DNA of 56,585 nt from an uncultured virus (IMG/VR IMGVR_UViG_3300023237_000005) (Duplodnaviria > Heunggongvirae > Uroviricota > Caudoviricetes). Position 1 is the first letter of the stretch; every line of letters begins with the position of its first letter. A program made the translations under genes and the position numbers. The DNA lies in the IMG/VR virus record IMGVR_UViG_3300023237_000005. One strand, written 5' to 3'. The notes below the pieces were generated by a model that was given only the letters and a program-made list of their open reading frames with translations, made no database searches and was not told where the DNA came from. Of the stretch, positions 1 to 6,014 are shown piece by piece.

Positions 1-1
1 T

Positions 2-559
2 AACATAAAAAAACCGGATAAAGTCGCCGAAACTATTAAGACACTATTAGAAAGCATGTCTGGGACATTTGTTTTATTTTACGATAAGCCAACATTTTCT
101 ACAAGAGTTAATAACTTTGCTGGGTTCGTAACATCTCTTGCTAAAGTCGGTGCAGATGGTAGTTTGATGAAAGCTGCAGATGGCTTTGAAGCAATAGCAG
201 AAGCAATCAACTCTGTAGATATTGATAAAGCTGCAGCATTCAGGGGATTATTTGAAGCATCTGCATCATTGACTGAAAGCGGTAGGAATCTTGCAGCATT
301 AGAGGCGATGGTCGAAGCCATAGAGGATGTAAAAGATACACTTAATAGTCAGGGTGGTGGAGGAGCAATTGATAGCATTAAGACAGCGCTAGGATTTGGT
401 AATGCTAAAGAAGCAGTTGTAGAACCTTCTACAACTGCAGAACCTTCAACTGCAGAATTATTTAAAACATTACAGCTTACATTAAATCAGATTAATGCAA
501 CTTTGTCAAATCTTCCTGGTGATATAGCAGCAATTGAGATTAAACTTCCTAGAGATTAA
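2..559 (+). CDS. 5'-truncated Ala-rich helical protein (possibly C-terminus of a tape-measure-like/structural protein)
   Basis: Frame of ORF 56..559 is open back to the window edge; Ala/Leu-rich; function is a guess. Confidence 0.45.
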   Translation, partial: NIKKPDKVAETIKTLLESMSGTFVLFYDKPTFSTRVNNFAGFVTSLAKVGADGSLMKAADGFEAIAEAINSVDIDKAAAFRGLFEASASLTESGRNLAALEAMVEAIEDVKDTLNSQGGGGAIDSIKTALGFGNAKEAVVEPSTTAEPSTAELFKTLQLTLNQINATLSNLPGDIAAIEIKLPRD

Positions 560-630
560 ACAAACTTCCTCAACTGTGGTATAACATCCATGATTGAACG
601 AGGAAGAAGAGTTTAACTAGAATTTACAAA

Positions 631-1422
631 ATGGAAAAAGACATCATTTGGTTTGACTTAGAGTCAACTGGAATTAACACAGCTACAGATCGGGTCATTG
701 AAATCTGTATGATTAAGAAAACATCTTTAGGCAAGGAAATTGAGAGATTTCAAAGTTATGTTAATCCTGAAGGAATGGAAAGTAGACCTGAGGCTATTGA
801 TAAACATGGTATAACTCCAGAGATGTTAGCAGATAAGCCAACGTTTAAAACAATAGCAAAGAAGGTTAACGACTTTATTGGAGATTGCGATCTAGGAGGT
901 TATAATATCTTATATTTTGACATCCCACTACTTACACAAGAATTATTTAGAAGTGGTATTCCTTTCAATCATAGAAGTAGAAAGATCATTGATCCATTCC
1001 TTATTCAAACTGCATACGAACCAAGAGATTTATCAAGCACTTATAATCGTATGACAGGTAAGGTTCTTGAAAATGCCCACGCAGCTGAGGCAGACATAGA
1101 AGCTACTATTGAAATATTTGAATGCCAGAAAACTAAATATGGCCTGCCAGTAGCTCACGCTGAAATAGAAGAATCTTCCATTAAGAATAGAAAGGATCAA
1201 GTTGACTTAGCAAATAGGTTTAAGATTGCTGAAATCGACGGTAAGAGAGAAATCGTTTTCAACTTCGGTAAGAACAAAGGTAAAGTTTTTAAAGATGTTT
1301 TCTCTGAAGACGCTAGTTATATTGACTGGATGATTAATAAAGGTGACTTCCCACTGGAGACTAAAATCATAGCTAAAAAACTGGTAGATAGAATGCAAAA
1401 AGAATCATTTGTAGATATATAA
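631..1422 (+). CDS. dnaQ: DEDDh 3'-5' exonuclease (DNA Pol III epsilon-like) with C-terminal FGK motif domain
   Basis: FDLESTG (ExoI), GYNILYFD (ExoII), AHAAEAD (ExoIII); C-terminal FNFGKNKG..YIDW. Confidence 0.9.
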   Translation: MEKDIIWFDLESTGINTATDRVIEICMIKKTSLGKEIERFQSYVNPEGMESRPEAIDKHGITPEMLADKPTFKTIAKKVNDFIGDCDLGGYNILYFDIPLLTQELFRSGIPFNHRSRKIIDPFLIQTAYEPRDLSSTYNRMTGKVLENAHAAEADIEATIEIFECQKTKYGLPVAHAEIEESSIKNRKDQVDLANRFKIAEIDGKREIVFNFGKNKGKVFKDVFSEDASYIDWMINKGDFPLETKIIAKKLVDRMQKESFVDI

Positions 1423-1434
1423 ATAGAATTATAT

Positions 1435-1765
1435 GGGGGTGAGTAGTATTTGACAGCAGATGAATACTAAGAGTACAGCATGGGTGATGACCTACATCAA
1501 AACTAAGTGGAAACACTGAACTTGCAATTGCCGCCTAATAGTTAGGTACTAATGCATGCCATACTACAGAGTATACTTGTATGTAGGTTAGGCATTAAAG
1601 GAAGTAAGAACGGCATAAGTATTGGCCCAACTAATACAACATATCATTTGGCAGAATTGATCGAAAGCTGCATATTTTTGGAGTCATAAGAAAATGACTA
1701 TCCTAAGCTGTAAAATATTCTTTTTACTAATCTGTATGGACGAGGAGTCGCTTCCTCCACCTCCA
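1435..1765 (+). ncRNA. ssrA: tmRNA; tag (A)GNTELAIAA* at 1509-1538
   Basis: GGGGGTG pairs with CACCTCC-A including G3.U; 5' TTGAC and 3' GGAC motifs; tag frame gga aac act gaa ctt gca att gcc gcc taa. Confidence 0.93.
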
Positions 1766-1789
1766 CATTGATATATAAACATATATCGC

Positions 1790-2074
1790 ATGGAACATAT
1801 TTTAGAGTTTGAAGAGTTTAAACAAAATTCTCAACCACTTGACGAATCAGTTCATTCTGCTGCATCTGAGTTGCTAATGTCAATGATGAGACAATATCAA
1901 CCCCTAATGGCCTTCTTGAAATGGGAAGATACTATAATTGATAAGTTTGACATTGATCCAAAGACAGCTAAGGAGATTAGCAATAAGTTGTATGATAAGA
2001 AGGGTAGTATCAATAAGAATCACTTAAAACAGTTAGCAAACGCAGCAATTAAAGATGCCATTAAAGCTAAATAA
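1790..2074 (+). CDS. Hypothetical protein with N-terminal capsid-targeting-like motif
   Basis: MEHILEFEEF start; GATATATA at 1770. Confidence 0.7.
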   Translation: MEHILEFEEFKQNSQPLDESVHSAASELLMSMMRQYQPLMAFLKWEDTIIDKFDIDPKTAKEISNKLYDKKGSINKNHLKQLANAAIKDAIKAK

Positions 2075-2157
2075 ACAGAAAAAATAATTTTTTGTAATTT
2101 AGGTTCATTTTTAAAAACTATTGTTATAGTCTATATATAATTCAACAAACAGAAACC

Positions 2158-2256
2158 ATGCGCTTACATTGGACAACATATATTAATCTCTTTAACCCGT
2201 CAGGCAACGATACGGCGCAGGCGAGAATATGTAAAAAAGATCCAGGTAAGAGTTAA
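2158..2256 (+). CDS. Putative 32-aa leader peptide MRLHWTTYINLFNPSGNDTAQARICKKDPGKS
   Basis: Short ORF directly upstream of a strong hairpin; its 3' end (GATCCAGG) is complementary to the hairpin 5' arm. Confidence 0.4.
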   Translation: MRLHWTTYINLFNPSGNDTAQARICKKDPGKS

Positions 2257-2274
2257 CAATACATTATAACATTT

Positions 2275-2322
2275 TATAATGGCCTCCTGGATTTAACGAT
2301 TCAGGAGGCCATTATATTTGTT
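2275..2322 (+). terminator. Strong hairpin, terminator/attenuator-like
   Basis: TATAATGGCCTCCTG ... CAGGAGGCCATTATA followed by TTTGTT. Confidence 0.75.
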
Positions 2323-2411
2323 AATATTAATTTAACAGTACGAATATACAACTAACGAAAATTATTTGTATATTTATGATATTATCTAAAACGATAATAT
2401 GTTCTTTGACA
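2319..2411 (+). promoter_or_regulatory. Promoter with tandem TTAAYA repeats, TATATTT element and downstream boxA-like GTTCTTTGACA
   Basis: Same layout recurs at 5406 and (without boxA) 44248. Confidence 0.55.
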
Positions 2412-2528
2412 TCTTGGAAACCAAAAATGAAAGTAAAGTCCTTAACATTCTGTTCAGGCAGGTATTTTTGGGCGCACCTTCTACGACAGCTAAATTAATA
2501 TGAAGCTCGAGAAAAGCGCCCTATATTT

Positions 2529-2599
2529 TCCCGGATCGTCTAGCGGCAGGACGCCAGTTTTTGGAGCTGGTTACGGAGGTTCGAATCCTTCTCTGGGAA
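2529..2599 (+). tRNA. tRNA-Gln(TTG)
   Basis: TCCCGGA/TCTGGGA acceptor; CCAGT-TTTTGGA-GCTGG; GGAGG-TTCGAAT-CCTTC. Confidence 0.93.
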
Positions 2600-2601
2600 C
2601 A

Positions 2602-2682
2602 TTCAGTGTAGCTTAGATTTTCTCATAAAGGAATTAAAGCGTCTTAGCAATAAGAAGTAAGATGAATTAACATCCACTGAAT
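2602..2682 (+). ncRNA. tRNA-shaped RNA A lacking an anticodon loop
   Basis: TTCAGTG/CACTGAA acceptor; TA; GCTT/AAGC D-stem with 22-nt loop; TCTTA-GCAA-TAAGA; GATG-AATTAA-CATC. Confidence 0.65.
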
Positions 2683-2687
2683 AATAT

Positions 2688-2770
2688 GCAAGTGCGCTAG
2701 AGTTGGAGAGCTAGGATGGTCTGTAACACCGTTGGTTAAGCCTGAGTGGGTTCGATTCCCTCCACTTGCA
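2688..2770 (+). tRNA. tRNA-Tyr(GTA)
   Basis: GCAAGTG/CACTTGC; ATGGT-CTGTAAC-ACCGT; long variable arm; TTCGATT T-loop. Confidence 0.92.
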
Positions 2771-2777
2771 CATTGAA

Positions 2778-2863
2778 TGCGGTTCGATTCCGTAAGCTAT
2801 GAGCTATAACTCGTAGCTGCCAAAAGTAGTATAAAGGTTATTGAGTATTATAGTATTTAGGCA
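2778..2863 (+). ncRNA. Structured RNA starting with an isolated T-arm followed by two hairpins (permuted tRNA-like)
   Basis: TGCGG-TTCGATT-CCGTA; AGCTATGAG-CTATAA-CTCGTAGCT; TGCC...GGCA hairpin. Confidence 0.45.
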
Positions 2864-2909
2864 CTTTATTTACAGAGGCCTCGTGGTGAGGTTCATGATA
2901 TTGATATAA

Positions 2910-2994
2910 GTCCCGTTCGTCTAACCTCCGGAATTAATCCTCCAAACGGACAACAAGCGCTTGTGAATATGAGTATGGAATCTCATGCGGGACC
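2910..2994 (+). ncRNA. tRNA-shaped RNA B lacking an anticodon loop (tRNA-Glu-like 5' end)
   Basis: GTCCCGT/GCGGGAC acceptor; TC; GTC/GAC D-stem with enlarged loop; ACAA-GCGC-TTGT; ATGAG-TATGGAAT-CTCAT. Confidence 0.65.
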
Positions 2995-3002
2995 AAGTAT
3001 AA

Positions 3003-3077
3003 GCGAAAGTAGCTCAGTCTGGCCAGAGCATCAGATTTCCAATCTGAGGGTCGAGAGTTCGAATCTCTTCTTTCGCT
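3003..3077 (+). tRNA. tRNA-Gly(TCC)
   Basis: GCGAAAG/CTTTCGC; TCAGA-TTTCCAA-TCTGA; canonical D and T arms; U73. Confidence 0.95.
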
Positions 3078-3117
3078 CACTATACTATTTTTACCATCTT
3101 CTACTGATATATGCTTC

Positions 3118-3312
3118 ATGGAAGAGGTAAAGAAAGTAAGACATGCTATAAGGCGTAAGTATCATATCATTTATAAAACTACGTGTACTATCACTAATAA
3201 GTTTTATGTTAGTATGCATTCAACAGATAATCTTGAAGATGGTTATCAAGGTTCTGGTAAACGATTAAAATATTCTGTAAATAAGCATGGTATAACACAT
3301 ATTCCTCATTAG
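3118..3312 (+). pseudogene. Truncated Seg-like GIY-YIG homing endonuclease
   Basis: YHIIYKTTC..NKFYVSMHST....GYQGSG; only 64 aa, runs into tRNA-Thr. Confidence 0.75.
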
Positions 3313-3376
3313 CTCAGTTGGCCAGAGCGGTTGTTTTGTAAACAACAGGTCATCGGTTCGAACCCGGTATGAGGAT
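3303..3376 (+). tRNA. tRNA-Thr(TGT)
   Basis: TCCTCAT/ATGAGGA; GTTGT-TTTGTAA-ACAAC; ATCGG-TTCGAAC-CCGGT. Confidence 0.94.
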
Positions 3377-3403
3377 CAATAAATAAAATAAATAAACAAC
3401 GTC

Positions 3404-3895
3404 ATGAAAGTAATTGTACTAAATGCGGATCTACGTCCGATTAATGTTACAACTTTCAAAAAAGGGTTTAAGCTGATTTACAAAGGTAAAGCAGAGGTAC
3501 TTGAAACATATGAGGATGACTACATTGTGACTTACACACGGAAATTTCTTAGGCCAAGGGTTATACGTCTTCTAAACTACGTAAACTTACCATACAGAAA
3601 ATTATCACCAACAAAGAGAAATATCTTCAAGAGAGATAATTTCACTTGTATGTATTGTCCTGGTAAGAAAGACCTAACACTTGACCATGTTCAACCTAAG
3701 TCAAGAGGTGGGAAAGATACTTGGAAGAATCTAGTTACAGCTTGTTCAAAGTGTAACAATAAGAAAGATAATAAGACTCCACAAGAAGCAGGTATGAAAT
3801 TAAGAAAGGCACCAACAGCACCTTCTCTTATGGAATTGCTTGATTTAGATTCTGTGAAGATCTTTGAAAGTCTAGCGAAAGCATACACATATTGA
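3404..3895 (+). CDS. HNH endonuclease (McrA-like)
   Basis: VLNAD..P; RD.FTCMYC; LTLDHVQPKSRGG..TW.NLVTAC..CN..K. Confidence 0.92.
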   Translation: MKVIVLNADLRPINVTTFKKGFKLIYKGKAEVLETYEDDYIVTYTRKFLRPRVIRLLNYVNLPYRKLSPTKRNIFKRDNFTCMYCPGKKDLTLDHVQPKSRGGKDTWKNLVTACSKCNNKKDNKTPQEAGMKLRKAPTAPSLMELLDLDSVKIFESLAKAYTY

Positions 3896-3948
3896 ATTGA
3901 GAATGAAGTAGTATGTAATAAATTTTATGTACTACTTCTATTTTCAAT
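3896..3948 (+). terminator. Long inverted repeat after the HNH gene
   Basis: ATTGAGAATGAAGTAGTATGTAA ... TTATGTACTACTTCTATTTTCAAT. Confidence 0.55.
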
Positions 3949-4015
3949 CTAATTAAGTCAATTGTTATTTCCTTGACTAAAGTCCAATAAATAACATATA
4001 TGAAAATAGTATAAT

Positions 4016-4384
4016 ATGTGGATGGAATTAGTGATGTCGTTATTATTTTTTAGTATTAGTAGTGCTCAGGCACAAACAGTAGAACCACCAGTTGACGCTG
4101 ATGAATTTGGATGGTTACGTTGGGCAGTGATAATATTATCAGGATTAGTACTAACAGGTACTACGGCATTCTTTGCATTTATTAAACTGTCGTTTGAAAC
4201 TCGCATTACTGATAAAGATGAGGAAATAAAAAGATTAACTCATTCAACAGAAGGACAAGCTATAGTTATAGCTAAGCTTCAGAGCGATAAAGATAGCTTA
4301 AATAAGGATATGCAGGATAAAGTTATTCCAGCGTTAACGAGTGCAAGCGATCTTATAAGAACATTTTTAAATAGCGCAAGATAA
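4016..4384 (+). CDS. Membrane protein (signal peptide, TM helix, coiled coil)
   Basis: Hydrophobic N-terminus with AQA site, second hydrophobic helix. Confidence 0.65.
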   Translation: MWMELVMSLLFFSISSAQAQTVEPPVDADEFGWLRWAVIILSGLVLTGTTAFFAFIKLSFETRITDKDEEIKRLTHSTEGQAIVIAKLQSDKDSLNKDMQDKVIPALTSASDLIRTFLNSAR

Positions 4385-4809
4385 TGGAAATAATATCTAC
4401 AGAATTTGTGAGACAGCAGCTTAACGATGCTTGTGCTGATCTTGAAAGTTGCATCCATGAGTTTAGAGTACTATGTGGTACTAACGATTGGAAAGAACAT
4501 ATCATTAATATAACTGATGAGTTCACAGATATATTTCCAGACATTATGGCTAAAGTGATATTTCCAAATAAGAAAACTGGAAATAGGACTATTATGATTA
4601 AGGCTAAAGCAGGATCTAAAATTAATCTACATAAAATGTTACCTCTTAGATTTGTGTATGTAGTACATGGAGACCAACGAGATGAAACCGGTGTGATAGT
4701 TCTAAATGAAGACGAAAGCATGATAATTCAAACATTAGAAGAAAGTTCAATGTATTTTAAAATTGATACTAAGCTTATTATGGAATTTGAAGAAGATGAA
4801 GCAGCATAA
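4384..4809 (+). CDS. Hypothetical protein, possible cupin-like beta-barrel
   Basis: KAGSKINLH...YVVHG pattern; coupled to neighbours. Confidence 0.5.
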   Translation: MEIISTEFVRQQLNDACADLESCIHEFRVLCGTNDWKEHIINITDEFTDIFPDIMAKVIFPNKKTGNRTIMIKAKAGSKINLHKMLPLRFVYVVHGDQRDETGVIVLNEDESMIIQTLEESSMYFKIDTKLIMEFEEDEAA

Positions 4810-5230
4810 TATTGGCACTATACAAGATAATGTAGAAAGTTCTGTAAAGAATCTAACATTTCTTATAGATGAATTTAAACAAGTAAGTACATTATTAGAT
4901 CTGTTAGAACATAAGACGTGTCCTATGTTTGTTACTTATGCTGATGAACACGGTTATTTCAAATATGTTAATCAAAATTTCGCAGATGTATTAGGTTACA
5001 CTAAGAAAGAATTATACAATATTCCTTGGACAGAGTTAATGTCAAAACAAGAAGCTGAAAGAGTATTTAAAGAGTTAAATAAAATACTTAAAGGTGGTGA
5101 AGCATTTACAAACTATAAGACGACCTATAAAACTAAAGACGGTAAAGATATACCGCTTACTTGGTTTACCGGTCCAGTTGGTGAGATGGAAGATCAAACA
5201 GTTGCAATCTGTTTCGCATACTCACACTAA
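4796..5230 (+). CDS. Stand-alone PAS domain protein
   Basis: YVNQNFADVLGYTKKEL and YKTKDGKDIPL PAS/PAC signatures; ATG at 4796 in frame with ORF 4763. Confidence 0.85.
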   Translation: MKQHNIGTIQDNVESSVKNLTFLIDEFKQVSTLLDLLEHKTCPMFVTYADEHGYFKYVNQNFADVLGYTKKELYNIPWTELMSKQEAERVFKELNKILKGGEAFTNYKTTYKTKDGKDIPLTWFTGPVGEMEDQTVAICFAYSH

Positions 5231-5260
5231 TTTCAAATTTCAACAATTTTATTTAATTAT

Positions 5261-5336
5261 CAGGCAGTAGAGGAGTCCGGTTTATCTCGACGCATTTGGG
5301 GTGCGTAGTACGTGAGTTCGAATCTCACCTGCCTGA
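5261..5336 (+). tRNA. tRNA-Pro(TGG)
   Basis: CAGGCAG/CTGCCTG; ACGCA-TTTGGGG-TGCGT; GTGAG-TTCGAAT-CTCAC. Confidence 0.93.
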
Positions 5337-5405
5337 CTATTTTTACCATCTTCTAATGGTATACAATTGGAAGAAAGATGAACTTCTAATCTGTATCACC
5401 TTCAT

Positions 5406-5498
5406 TGTTAACATTAAATTAACATTGGGGGATGTATAAGTAAGCATTTAATAGTGTATATTGATAATGTCAATAAAACTGATGGTGGTTCTTTAAAA
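5406..5498 (+). promoter_or_regulatory. Promoter with TGTTAACATTAAATTAACA repeat, TATATTG element and boxA-like GTTCTTTAAAA
   Basis: Near-identical spacing to the 2319 element. Confidence 0.55.
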
Positions 5499-5503
5499 CA
5501 TAC

Positions 5504-5737
5504 ATGGTGGAACATATAGATAAGAAAGGTAAAGTAACATGGAAGGCTGTTAATTTGAGTGATAGATCATCTGGGCATGGTCCAATTGATATTACTACTG
5601 GGCAGTTGTATTACAACCTCTATTTAATGATGACAGATGCAACTAATCGTTCACTTAAAATAGCATCTGCATTAGACAGTTTACAATCAAAAACTAATGA
5701 AGTTGCACTAAAAGCAATTTTAGCTAAGAAATTCTAA
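5504..5737 (+). CDS. Hypothetical protein
   Basis: ORF track; follows promoter. Confidence 0.5.
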   Translation: MVEHIDKKGKVTWKAVNLSDRSSGHGPIDITTGQLYYNLYLMMTDATNRSLKIASALDSLQSKTNEVALKAILAKKF

Positions 5738-6002
5738 AAGAAGGTTCAGTAAATGATTATTATGTTATATTCTATTAGTAATTCGATTGAGACGGACAGA
5801 AGGAAAGATTAGAAAACATTAAATTACTGATAACGGTTTCAACAATTTAAAAGCGTTGTTATTATTACTACAGATTGAATAAAATATTGAATTAATTTTA
5901 CTTTTAATTTAAGGCAACTTAGCGGTTACTTAATAAGTGCGGGCTCGGAACTCGGATTGATGTTAAAGTAAAGATGGTGTGGATCCAAGCACTAATTCAT
6001 TC

Positions 6003-6013
6003 GTTCTTTGAAA
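6003..6013 (+). promoter_or_regulatory. boxA-like antitermination motif
   Basis: GTTCTTTGAAA just upstream of the large ncRNA. Confidence 0.5.
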
Positions 6014-6014
6014 T

